DNA of 64,000 bases. Source: Phoronis australis (lineage: Eukaryota > Animalia > Phoronida). The notes below the pieces were generated by a model. The model saw only the letters and a list, made by a program, of their open reading frames with translations. It searched no databases and was not told the origin of the DNA. The translations under genes and the position numbers were made by a program. The stretch lies in the NCBI GenBank assembly GCA_002633005.1, contig NMRA01000081.1:685625-749624 (forward strand), given 5' to 3'. Below are positions 24,653 through 37,205 of this stretch, in pieces; within the stretch, counting starts at the first letter, position 1; the number at the start of each line of letters is the position of its first letter.

Positions 24653-27600
24653 GTGAGTGTATACGAATTAAGATTGGGATAGTAGCTATCATGGGGTTGT
24701 ATTTCAGATATCCGGATTGTTTTCGGGGGAGATTTTAACCGCCTTCAATGACTATTATTGTGATTTTCAATATTCGCGACTCCCATTAGTTCATATCAGG
24801 TCACATCGTTGACCGACAGGGCGATTATTGGGCACGTGTTACTGCCAGCAAGCTTGTGTTATCTACTGACCAGGCAACTACAAATTTCAAATGAACATCG
24901 CAGCCCGAAGCTTACATGACACAGTTCAGTGACAACCAGAGTCGCCCTCACCGCGATAGCACGACCGAGTTGTCTATTCAATACCCCATAGCGAGTAAAA
25001 CGTATGTTGCTATTTGTTTACCATTGTCTACAAGTCACGGAACACCCGAGGCAAAAATGAAATATGTTTGACATTTAACGTTATTGAACTTGTTCTTCAC
25101 TGAGAGATAATTAATGAGGTTACCTGAAACACAGGACTTTGAGCGCTTCCAAGAAATATTGACTGCCTATCGCAGCATATATGATTAAGGTTCGGCTACA
25201 TTGTTATGAAATGCATGTTTCGCCGAATTCGCATAAGAGCTCTGTATAGGCCTACTCTGTCACCAACAACGGACGGGGGGGGGGGGTTTCACTCAGTCCG
25301 ACGAATTAAACGTGCTGCTCAAGAGCGAAGGGTAAATTTTTAGGACAGATTCCCTGCTAAAGGATGCCTTTCCTAGCGAAAGAATTCATTTTTTGCTAGT
25401 AAGTTTTGCATTATGTGGCTATGTTGAATTGTCAGTTCAAAAGGTCACTATTGCCTCTTAACAAATATTATGGCGCCCTCTCTTTTTCTGCAATATTTAC
25501 CCACAATGCTGTGCGCCAGGGACTTGCCCCGCAGCTGTGCTTTTTGGCTGTGGTGGCCGCTCAAGTATTAGTTCGCCACTCGTCATTCTGATGCATAATG
25601 GGTTGTAAAACCGGCAGGCATTATTTTTTGAGAAGCTGAGTGAGACGCGATAAATCTTGTTCACTTGTCGACTCACCTGAAGTTTGTGAGCCACCAATTA
25701 CCTTTCAAAAACTAGACTATCAATCACTGATTCATCTCTACTTCCGCTAAAGAGGAAAACTGAATCGGGGTGTGAGACTTCAATAAAAAATTGAGCTTTT
25801 TGTGAAACTTAAATTTGCTACGGAAGGATCACGTTATAGATGCAGACCTCTCACCACGAGTGGTAACAGTGGGTGAGATAGGACCTCTACCAAAGACAAA
25901 GCGCAGCATTGTCCCACGGGCCAGCGCGCAAGTGAGCTTCCGGGCTGCTGAACAACAGTTGAGCTTATAGCTCACGCCAAGGTGAGAAAATACGACAACT
26001 GACTGAACTAGCCACTATGAATTCATTCAATTCTTCTCGTCTCGGCGTGAGCTGTCGGAGACAAACAGCTCAGCTCGCTGTGGCTGTGTCTGCGCTGGCG
26101 CGGCATTTTAATAGTTCCTGCAGTTGAAGAGACTTCGAACAATGGCAACCGAGCTGATTTTCGGGGGTAAAAGAATGGGATCGACGAATTTACTGGGCAA
26201 AAGCTGTAGTCGCACTTAATTATTTATTTCTAACGTGAAACCGTACACGAAACATAGTGAAGATCATAGGAAGGGCACAGTCGTGATTAGACACTTTACA
26301 ACGCAATCAGACGCCAAACTGCCCGGGCACTGAAGCGATCCTTCGTGACCCTGTTGCATATTCAATCCCTTTTCATAGCTTTCACCCCGTGCTTTCAAAT
26401 TACAGTGCACAAAATCGAATCGATGTCGATAATGTAGATACACATAGTTAGGTCAATATCCTTCATTTTATTCTGGCTGCGAGCAACTCGTTCTTGTAGC
26501 TAATTGGCTAAACGTGAGCATGTGCTTAAGTGTGATGAAGATAAGAATGATTACGCCGGAAAGGTGATTTTTGTGATAACAAGCAGTTCACAAGTGGACC
26601 GACCTACAAAACTACATATATAGAAACCACGTGCCCTTGGCTCAATCTCTAGTCCTGTGCAATGCGATCTTCATTCGCGAGCTGAGTACATAGCAATAAA
26701 ACTGAAACTGGCAGGTGGACGACAGTACGTCAAACGCACTGATAGTTCGGGAGCACGCACCAGCGTTGAATGAAATGTGAATAACTTGTAACTTGATTTT
26801 CAGCTAAACAAAAAATAACATTTTTGCCCAAGTGAGTTAAGACATGCAACATGCACATCGTGTGGGCAAGAACACGTCAGCCGGAGGCCACAGCGTAATT
26901 CCAACAGTTAGACACTTTTCACGTGCCGCGCTTTATTAATACTTTTTATTTGTAAGCTTTTAAAATCCCGACCCAGTACGCTGAATCGCAGCATTGCGAA
27001 AAACACGCCAGTACAAGGACAGGACGAGACATCTCTTCGTTTACTCGAATGTTTACGTATTACCACAGCACTGATCGACAGCAGAGGCTTGTGTTGCCGG
27101 ATCTGGTAAATAACTGATATGCAAGTAATAGGCGATGAACATGTGTCAATTATTCAGTCGCAGCTATTTCACCAGTGTTATTTTATTACCGTGTAACTCA
27201 AGCAAAAAAGCAGCTTAACAAATCAAATAGCCTCGTAATGGTAATAACTCATAGTCGTGCTAGGGTACGTCATTGATATGTGGCAGAAATATCGTGACAA
27301 ATGAATACTTCAGTGGCAGCCGTGCTTAACATTACAGGATGTACAAAGTGCTGTTCATACGCTCGTAGTCAAAATCATATGCGTGTCAGGTTGCGGAAGA
27401 TCGAATAAAAAACGGACATAAAAATAAAACCGAGTGTTCACGTGCCTTGTAAAGCCCCGCCTACAAACTTCAATTGTTACTCACGAAATCGTATAATTAT
27501 GACTTGTTGTCTTGAGAAGTTGTGTCGGAACACCAGGCTGCACACTACGGTTCGTCGCAAATGACTGTCGCATGCGAAAGATCGGAGGGTGTATACAGAA

Positions 27601-28059
27601 AAAGCTACAAGCAGGCAAATACTGGCTAAGATCTGGCGTCGATGATTGTCTGTAGTTATAAGGCAAGAGTATTTTTTTGGTTTACCCGACTCGATTTCCT
27701 TTGCTCATATACTAAACTCATGTGTTGGATGTTTTTTTGTAACACACTATCTCATGTCTCCGCTCAATTAAACTTGTAAAGTGTGCAGCCTTCATTCCAT
27801 TGTTATTAGTGGAATGCATTTAAAAACATAAATTTTTGCGCGACAGGTGGTTCAAACAAACTTTTCGTCAAACGCGGAAGATAAATACGAGAACCAAACG
27901 ACAATGACCATTAAAATAACAAGACCGGTTTCTATTAAATGTTATTTTAAGTAGAAACGTCTTTTAAAAACGTGCCTTTGTCATCAATGTGGGCCAGTTC
28001 GTTCAATGCGTGAAACGGAATGTCCCAAGCTAGTAGTTGTATTATCTTCACAGCGCTCA

Positions 28060-28735
28060 ATAAAACTTATGAACAGTTGAAAAGAACAGAAAAATGGTAT
28101 TACAAAGGTGCGGAGTTGAAAACTTGCAGTTACTATAAATATTTAGGGATTGTATTTAATAGTACAATAAGTTGGACAACGTGCTGCAGAACACTCGCAC
28201 ATATGACAAGCAACGCAAGACATCTGGGGAGATATTTTTTGCGTCAAATGGAACATTGCTAACTTTTAATTTGTTTGACACAATGACAGCACCCACTTAA
28301 GTCTATGAAGCAGAATTGTGGAAGGCAACTGCAGGGTCAAAATAACTGATATACCTATATCAAAAACGTATTGTATACAACTGGTTTCAGTCTTGTATGG
28401 TTGAACTAAGGAGTCGATGATGCCAACGATATTTTTGTCAGAATTCAAACAAAGGCCGAGAGATTTTAACATCCAAAGTTGGTTTTCTTTAGTACAGAGT
28501 ACAACTAAGTGTGCAATTTACAGAGGAGTTTGAAGTCTGAGTTTTCTTGCGAAAAATGAACTGATACAAAAGCAGATATTTTACATAGCGAACATTAAAT
28601 GTTTGACTCGTAAATTGGAAATGGAAAGCGTTAGAATTGATATTCCCGGAAATGAAAGAGTTTGTAACATTTGTAAATATAGAAGAGGTTGAGAGTGAAG
28701 CGCATTAATTTTCATATTCAGACGTTGTCCAGTTC
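28060..28735 (+). mobile_element. Degenerate non-LTR retrotransposon (RTEX-like) RT and C-terminal fragment
   Basis: EKWYYKGAELKTCSYYKYLGIVFNSTISW (RT YKYLG motif), then KLEME..RIDIPGNERVCNIC..EEVESEAH (CCHC-type C-terminus), broken by frameshifts. Confidence 0.75.
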
Positions 28736-29190
28736 TGGCAGGGTTGAGACAAGCTTCATATCACTTCGCGACGTCAGAAACAACGATGCCACGCCTCTTT
28801 TAAACTCGAGCGCAGTGAACACTTTTAAAAATCATTTGATTTTAAAATATCTAAAAAGGGCAGTGGTGATCAGAAGCGAAAAGTTGGTCTTGTACTCGTG
28901 TATGAAGATTGTATACATAGGTTATTGAATGGTTCTGACGTTATTAAAAGAACTGTGAGAAAGGATATGATTTTTGGTTAAAGATTTATTGAAAAAACGC
29001 ATTATTTCGGAATGGGCGATCAAATGCTAACAGGTGTATATTGTTATATGCAAAACGCATTCCCAACGGGTCTCTCTAAGCTTTTTAGTGAGAGATCGGT
29101 AGCGATAAAATCTGCCTAACTGAGTACATTTGTAAAGAAAAAAGATGTTTTGAATTTCAGAGATTGTTTGTCAATTTCCAGTTTCCCGTC

Positions 29191-29215
29191 ATGGGACGCC
29201 ATAGGTCGAAACCAC
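29191..29215 (+). CDS. MYND gene, putative first coding exon: MGRHRSKP (exon starts at 29182)
   Basis: aatttccag acceptor, GTCATGG Kozak context, GTGAGT donor. Phase 1 joins 34004 in frame. Confidence 0.55.
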
Positions 29216-31029
29216 GTGAGTGAGCTAGTTGGGTTTCACTTCTGAGATCAGCTTAGTCACGAGTCGGCTCACCAACAAATGACAAATATCAAGTCGGGGA
29301 AAAAGACGACATTTTGTGAATCTGTGACAAGTGAGGAATCACTACTACAGTTGCCTGGGCCAGACACTCCGACTCAGGAGAACCCTCCGCGGAAAATCTC
29401 GATTATCGGATCAATTTACTAAAAAAGCAGCAGAAATGATGCCCATGTATAGTTCAAAACCAGAAACGGTTGCTTGGTACTGGTTTTGATGGCCGACATT
29501 ACGAGATAACGTGATGCCTTTGGTTCTAAAAATGCGTGGTACCTATGGCCATATATCAGTAAGATAATTATGCGCGCTAGTGGAGCAAATGGAAATGAAA
29601 ATTTTGTTTGACTATAATGCCGATGATCTGCTAGGGAGTATCTAGCCCCCTTCCGACCCTGAGCACGCAGTCGGCTTCGTGCAAGTCTCTACACAGTGAC
29701 ACATAACCAGTATAGATGTCGTCCGACGTGGCACAGTCATTTTATTTTTCATTTTTCATGTTATTTCTTGTTTGAAAAAACAACATTGTTTACCTTAAAT
29801 TAACATAAAATTTGTTCATTTAAGAATATTTGGCCCGTTTAAAGACTAAACCACCACTCTACGGCCAGTGTGAGGCTGAGAATTCCTTTCATAAACCAGG
29901 CTTCAAAATATGCGATGAATGAACTTTTAAAAATTGTTAACTGAGCAATTTATTTTCAGAAGCAACGCGAGCTTTCCAATTTAAGCTAATACTAGTCTAC
30001 ATTGTGTTGTACATGGTTTCTATTACAATAAAGAACAGCCTCCAGTACCATAAATACCGTAAAGCTGACATTTATCACAATTACATTATATGCAAATACA
30101 TTATTTACATAGCGATAAGGGTTTCATGCGTTTGTTTTATTTATATCGATTTGTCCTCTTGATCAATCTTTACCTGGCGATGACATTTGCCTATCGTCTG
30201 AGTTCGGAGAAGTTACTTCAAGTATCGGAAGTTAGTACTACGTTCACATGAGTGGCGAAAACGATAACAGTTTCACTGACTAAAAGCGCCCAGTGAAAAC
30301 GTCAGCATGTGTAGTTGGTATTATGACCACTTCGGAGGTACGTCCACTGGGATTTATTTGTTACAGCTAAGTTTCTATTTCAGTTAAGCCATTAGGGAAA
30401 TATTTCAATGATTCAAAAGATTTCTACCATATAAAGACGAAGGTTTTAGAATATGGATCTGTCACACTTGCTGTGGAAAATTTTGCCAGGCATTCATCCA
30501 AAATTATTCATCTTTATATATTATAATTAATTAGACCTTTTTGTCGTTTGGTAAAATTACATTCTTCTGTAAAAATTCAGAATGCAGTGACATTTATGGA
30601 AGATGCGATAAACTACTCCAAGTACATGTATCTATCCGAAATTAACAGGTAAAGGTTATCTGATAGATAAAAAATGAACAGACATCTATTACGTATCTTT
30701 GAAAGGTACTGTGGTAGAAATGTAGGATTTTCCATAAATTTTTTCATCAGAAAGTAAAAGTTGTAAATCTTGATACATGTTGTGTACATGTATGTTACCG
30801 TAAACAAGAGACATTGAAACATATTTTTACGATTGCTATGTTGCTAAAGCAAATGGATCTGGAAAATAACGATATTCATGAAAAGAGACAATGTTATATT
30901 GAACACATTTTGCGTAGTTGTCATTGTCAACATTCAAGAACGAAAAAACGGGTTAACAAAAACGACATCTGGGCAACAGGTAAACATTGCACAAATGAAT
31001 TATTATAGAAAAAAATGAAAACAGTAATA

Positions 31030-31062
31030 ACACACACCCACGCACGCACACACACACACACA

Positions 31063-31103
<41 letters not shown>

Positions 31104-31131
31104 ACACACACACACACACACAAGCACACAC
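31030..31131. repeat. (CA)n microsatellite
   Basis: Direct observation. Confidence 0.97.
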
Positions 31132-32919
31132 TCTTAGCTAAACAATTATGAGTAATTTTCGAAAGTTACGTAAGCACACCTGTTTTAGGGCCTAAACTTT
31201 TCATTTAGGTCAAATATAACTTCTTTCCATAAAGTACTGGAAAATGATTTTAACACCCAAAAATTTCTTGTTGAAAAACTCCTGATAGTCGAAAGTGGTT
31301 CTACGACTGGAGCTGAAAATATATCAGAGGCTAATTACTTCTGCAACCGCCTTAGGGCCACAGGTCGGTGCTTATAAAAATTGCCAGTGTAATTGTCGGA
31401 TTTGTTGACTAATTTTACCGAGAAATCGCTGTTTGTATGGAACGGCCGTACCTCAAGAGACTAGCTTGATAAACACTAATAACAATATGAAATTGAAACA
31501 ATGAAACTAGGCTTGATTTCATAACTACAACTCTCGATCAAAACTCAGTCGAGCAGGCAGCTGGAAATTCTCAGGGCAAACTCTCGCGGTTAATCTCGGT
31601 GTTGCAATAGAATACTTAGATCACGTGCGGCAATCCAAGGCTAGATCTATTTCCCAATTTCTCTCTCCCCCTGACCAGTGCATTGTTATTAAATAACAAC
31701 GTTTCAACTGTAACTGTACAACAAGACTTGTTAGAAGCAATAGCTTGCTGTGTAAATCTTTTGCTACTGCTTATACGCACATGGATATTAATTTGATGAC
31801 TGAAAATATTGAAGATTGTTATTTAAAAGGATACTAAACCCTGTTTTGACGATTTAAACCAAGCCTCGTTCTGCCACCTAGTAATGTATCATTGGCGTCC
31901 CATGTGAGTGAAAAAATCAGGCTTCAACGAAAACATACCCTCTACCTCACAGATAGGATTTTATGGTTCTTGGTGGATGGTCTTTCCCAATAGTTGTAAC
32001 TCTCTAGAGGTCGCGCTTACCCGTTTAGCCGACTTTGAAAGGAATTTTCAAATTGACTGGAAACATTTGAAGGTTGTCGAGAGTTACATAGCATTATTTA
32101 GTTTTAGAGAAATCTCTGTTAATAGGCCAAAACTGGGTTTGGTATCCTCAATATTGAATAACTCTGTACTGCAAGAGATAATTGTCCAGTTATGAAATAC
32201 ACGTCACCGGTAGATCGGCGATACTGAGTAATAGAACCATCGAGTGGTGGCCTGCTAAAAAGTACGTTGTTCGACAGCGATTCGGTCAAAATTGTTACAT
32301 TCATCTGAATGCTGTCGAACGGGTCTGAGCTCAGTCATCTCACATGACAGTCATCTCCCAATAACTACACTAGCTAAACTTTATACACCTCTTAGTGGAC
32401 GCTTTAACAAGCTGAACACCCGCACGTGTGGACCACCATTTTACTCGCACTGTACTCATCCGGTGCACGGAGGATATGCATATACCTTCTGACACAGCAA
32501 CACCTATACTGAAAAAGTAACCCTGGTGGAAACATGACGGCATTCCGTGTGTGGGCATCAATGCGCATGCTTGAACGGAAGTTAACCGATCACATCGCCA
32601 CCACTTATATATCTGTAATAACATGTCTAAGTATTGGAATACTTATTTTAGATACTACTTAATTGTATATACCTCTATGTATGTAAGTTTCATTTATGAA
32701 TTGTTTACAACCCAGATATAATGCTTCGCGGTTTCTGGGTTTGTTATTATTTCTCTGTCTGTTCTGTGTATCCTTCAATAAATATGTATCACAGTAACAT
32801 CGCCGCCACTTGCACACGCCTTCTATGCACTGTACTTGTTTGGGCTTAAGCCATTAGATTGCGGTTTCCTTGATTTGTGTTTACTTCTATCACTGCCCGT
32901 TTTAATGAATTGCAACTAT

Positions 32920-33050
32920 TAGTCAAGCCAATGGTGGTCACCATACTACGTAACAGTAAACTGAAAGGGGTTTCCCAGATTTCAACCAATAGGAATGACT
33001 GAATGTTATGACGTCGGTTCCATTACTTTAACCAATGAAAAGCCATGTTG
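32920..33050 (+). promoter_or_regulatory. CCAAT/CRE motif cluster (possible alternative promoter or enhancer)
   Basis: AGCCAATG, AACCAATAG, ATGACGTC and AACCAATGA within about 120 bp. Confidence 0.3.
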
Positions 33051-34003
33051 AACAACATTCCGCATTACAATCTTTCGTAGCACTGTGAAAGAGTGTAGAT
33101 ATGTGTGTGGTTCAGTCCCAATATGTAACAGCCAAAGTGTACGTCTTGACAAAACCGAGAAAGTTTCATGGGCTTATCCTACTGTTTCAAAGGGTGCTCG
33201 CTCACATTGCCGACCCCGTCTTTTTGCATGCCAGTAAGGCTCAATTCAACGATGTGTTATTTTTAACGGGTCAGAGATCACCGCGTCAATGAATTCGTTT
33301 CAAAGCTGGTCAGTTTATGGGTTGTTTAATAATTCCACTTAATAGAATGAACTTAAATTTAACATTCAGTCAGAGTCACAAACAATGAATAGGTTGTAAG
33401 TAGCACCTTAAGGCAAGTCAGCCGTAACAGCAAGATAAAGCCCCAGGGGGTAGTCAACAATGTTTTTACGGGATGCTGCTAGGGATTCCCACTTATCATA
33501 GAGATGTAGACGCTAGAGTTCTGTGCCACCCATTTAGAGAGTGCAATCCAAAAAGGAATTCATTTGCTGAGAACGGTCTTTTGTAACTGTTGGTTGTTTT
33601 TCGTAGGAATTCTCGGGCAGTTTAATTCTTACAGTACAAGAAGAGATACCGTGTTGTCTAAAATGAGTACGTCACCGTGACCAACAACAGCTTCAAAAAT
33701 GTGGCATCACAAATCCCACCATAGAGTTGGAAAAGGGAACCCTAATTCTGCAGGGTTTCAAATTCTCACAATGAGCCTTTTGTAGAGAATTTTGTCGGAG
33801 AAGGCATGTTATGACGGTAGGGAATTTTTTTTGAAAAGGCATCCTTTCGTAGGGAAACTGGTCTTGAAAAATTCGCCATTCTGATCAGCACGTCCCGTGT
33901 ACCTCTTCTATGGGATCTTCTATGGGAGAAGCATCTGCGAGAAACTAAACAGTAATATCCCCTGGCTGAAGGTGCTCTTAAAAGTAAATTTCTTTTGTTT
34001 CAG

Positions 34004-34585
34004 TTTATAGCCAGCGTACAAATGTAGGTGGCGAACCATCAGATGTCGCTGCAGCAGACGGAGTCATGGAGAGATTGTTGCAAGAGTTTCCAAATCATAA
34101 CTGGTTGGAACATAAAATTTCATGGTTAAAGACGGCTAGTTGTAAAAGTGCAGAGTCAGAAAAAGCAGACGATAACAGCTCACCGAAAAAGGATGAAGAG
34201 CAAAGTAACATCACTTGCCAAATAAAAGACATTGTTGCCAGTGACAGTGGAGATATAAAGACACGATCAGCCGGAATGTCCATTGAAACCTCAAGCGAAA
34301 GTGTCGCTGTTGCCGAATTAAGTTGTAGGAAAAAGGGCGATATAGGAAATACTTCGATGGGGATGATCGCGAAGGAATGTGACCGCGATCTCACGAAAAG
34401 GAGTATTAATACGTCCTACGACAATGTGGCTAAGTTTAAAATTGTCTCCGTTTACAGTGTTGATAAAAACACTTTCGTTAATGACGTTCAAGACAGTAGC
34501 GATAACAAAGACTTCGTTGTCTGCAATATTAGGGATAAGAGTACAAACGCACTCAAGAATGATGATGATGGAGGTGGTGATAAAA

Positions 34586-34616
<31 letters not shown>

Positions 34617-34724
34617 GGATGATGACGACGACGATGAAGTTGACGATAATGACGATGACGATGATATTGCAGAGAATACACTCGTAATCTCTGAGGACAA
34701 CCCAGAGGAGAATGCACTTGGCAG
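34004..34724 (+). CDS. MYND gene exon 2 (phase 1-2), includes the poly-Asp tract
   Basis: ttttgtttcag acceptor, open frame LYSQRTNVGGEP...MERLLQEFPNHNWLEHKISWLK...DDDDDDDD...ENALG, AG|GTTAGT donor. Confidence 0.8.
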
Positions 34725-35633
34725 GTTAGTTGCATCTTATCATCCCATATATTCCTATTCATTGAAGACAAATAATAACAGCAACTGTGACACAATAAGT
34801 ATTTTATGGACGCCAATTTCTGGGTGACAGGTACGCTTATTAAAATACAAGCTGACCGCTAACCTTAGTCGAAATCGCGCACTTCATGCTGAAAAAAATC
34901 ACGAAAACGGCGATGAATCATCCCGTTTGAGCAGTGAGCATTATGGGCGGCCAATCTACCTCCCTCACAGTCCACACGTGCGCTCCCATTAACAGTGTCA
35001 CTTTATTATTGACACAATTCCGTTTCTTACGAGCTGTATTTCTTTTCTCATCAACCACAATTCGGCTCTTGTTACCTCAGCTCTTTCTCATAACCGCTTT
35101 AAAAAGGTCGCTAGTAATAGCTATTCCTTGTCCACAAACGCAGTGCTTTTCTCACGTACCATAGCCTGACAGTGTTCATACATACAGTCAAAATGCCTTG
35201 TTCCACTATGGAATAAATATGCAGTATGATAACATTTGTACATCCTATTTAAATTTTAATCCTCATTTTTTCGTCAACTCTCGTGCTATAACCATGTCAC
35301 CTGACCGTACAATATCCTAAGTTATTACACGGACACATGACACGGTTATAGCTTGGAATGTATTTATACAGCACTAACGCTACTTCCAGAATGGCAAAGA
35401 TTCGCAAACTGCATTTGTTTATCGTATCTCAAATTTTAACGTTTGGGACTCATTTCGCGCTCGTGATTTCGTCGATAGTACTAATTGTCCTCCGGTCTCG
35501 AGCGGAGAAACACAAAGTCAACCTCCAACTCAGTTTAGGTGTTTAAAAGCATTCGCTGTAGTACTTTCAAGGATATATGTGCAAATTTGCGTCTTCCTAA
35601 ATTTCATTCTGCATGGATCTCGTCTTTGTTTAG

Positions 35634-35765
35634 TAATAAAGCGCCATTTAACCATGGAGTAAGTCCACCTGAAATCACTGAAGTCCCACGAAATGATAAT
35701 TGTTCGGGAGATAAGAACCCCGTTCATAATAAACGAAATGTGGCCAACGGAAAAGAACTGAATTA
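35634..35765 (+). CDS. Possible in-frame cassette exon (phase 2-2) of the MYND gene
   Basis: ctttgtttag acceptor, GTAAGA donor, 132 nt, open (NKAPFNHGVSPPEITEVPRNDNCSGDKNPVHNKRNVANGKELN). Confidence 0.35.
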
Positions 35766-36704
35766 GTAAGAACCGAATTCCACTTGATTAGAAAAGAGCT
35801 ACGCCTCGAAAGAAACAAGTCGAGAGGTAGCTGTTAATTGCAACAGAAGAAGGAAGACTGGTGGCCTTGAAAAGAGGAAATTTTGCCATTTAATCTCATT
35901 TGAAAATAAAAGCACCGATATCTTCAAGCCAAGCTTTCTTATATTTGACATTTTTGCAAAAATGGTTCAACGGTATCATAAAAAACATTTTTCCAAGTTC
36001 CATCAATCACCAAAAAGATAAGTTTAACGCGCGTAGGAATCTCTCGTGTCAGCACCCTTTTTACGTCATTTCAGGTATATGTAAAGGCTAGCATTATATA
36101 ATAGTATGACAGCTCAGTTTGTACTAACGTGTTTGACTTGTTAATGTTACTATTATATTATTTATTATAAGACTGTCGTGTTATTCGCAGGGAGGGGTTG
36201 CGGCCGTAGCTAGCTCCTGAGTAACAAAGATTTTACTTAGTAATCTAAATCAATGACGTCGGCCATCAACAAAGTTACAAAAGTTTTATCTTGATGGTTT
36301 AATTGGATATTTTGACCCTTCGAGGTGTGGAAAGAGTTCCATAATCGCGTCTCTAAATTGCAGCTACGATCCCCTGAACTTCAGTACCGGACCAGCAGAC
36401 ACCAAACTGGTGGTACAAAACTCCAGACACGCACAACTTAACTCTGAGGCCACACGCGTGGGAACCAAAATGCCATTCGCGGGATTCAAATTCTATGACC
36501 TCACCTCAAAATTACAGCTTAGGCTTATGGGTTAGACGTGCGACCATATAATATGGTTTCCAGGCCTGGAAATTCGGTCACCGGTTGTGCAGCATTTTCG
36601 GTGGAGTTTAGTGTGCTGATCTGGGTATTTGTACCGTAAGTCAAGTGTCTGCTGGTCCGGCACTGAAGGTCGTAACTGGAATTCAGAGGCGCTGTTATGC
36701 AATT

Positions 36705-36887
36705 CATGCGCGCACCCAGTCTTCGATTTGGGGGTGGGCTCGAATTCCTGACGTTGTGGACCTTTTGGTAACAAAAAAGCGGGCGGTCTAAAAAAAAACG
36801 GGCCGGGGCACCACTGTGAATTGCGCGTTTGTGCCTTTGTGCTATTTAGTGGANCCCCTCGCCCTCGCCCCCCTGGGTTCGCGCATG
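36705..36887. mobile_element. hAT-like MITE
   Basis: TIR CATGCGCGCACCCAG / CTGGGTTCGCGCATG. ATGCAATT occurs at both boundaries as a possible 8-bp TSD overlapping the right end. Confidence 0.65.
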
Positions 36888-37014
36888 CAATTGTTTCCCC
36901 CTTTGCTCTTAGGAAGGTCGATTATCTCGACAACAATTGTAAGGACCCGTCACCACATCTGTTTCACTTCAGTTAATCAGGTTCTTTGAGGTTACTTCTT
37001 TGCTACTATTACAG

Positions 37015-37067
37015 CGTGGACGCCAGAGAACGAAATGAAGAGTGTGACGAGATCCTGACAAAAAGCG
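37015..37067 (+). CDS. MYND gene exon 3 (phase 2-1): SVDARERNEECDEILTKS
   Basis: ctattacag acceptor with pyrimidine tract and G|GTAAGT donor. It exactly bridges the phase 2 donor at 34724 and the phase 1 acceptor at 42406. Confidence 0.72.
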
Positions 37068-37097
37068 GTAAGTTGTCTGGTAGATTAACTGGCAATA

Positions 37098-37205
37098 TAG
37101 TCTGATATAACGTGCCCACATTTTGAGAACCAGTTTGATGCCCGTTGTTTAGTGGGGGAAAACTGGTTCTCAAAATTTGGGCACGTTATATCGTACCATT
37201 ACCGA
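37098..37205. mobile_element. Short hairpin MITE (copy of 2490-2597)
   Basis: Palindrome GATATAACGTGCCCA.ATTTTGAGAACCAGTTT ... AAACTGGTTCTCAAAAT.TGGGCACGTTATATC. Confidence 0.7.

Noticed and set aside
30927-31127. VCVCVC ORF
   Set aside because: Translation of the (CA)n microsatellite.
34379-34816. Poly-Met, poly-Ser and poly-His ORFs
   Set aside because: Alternative-frame and antisense readings of the (GAT)n poly-Asp tract.
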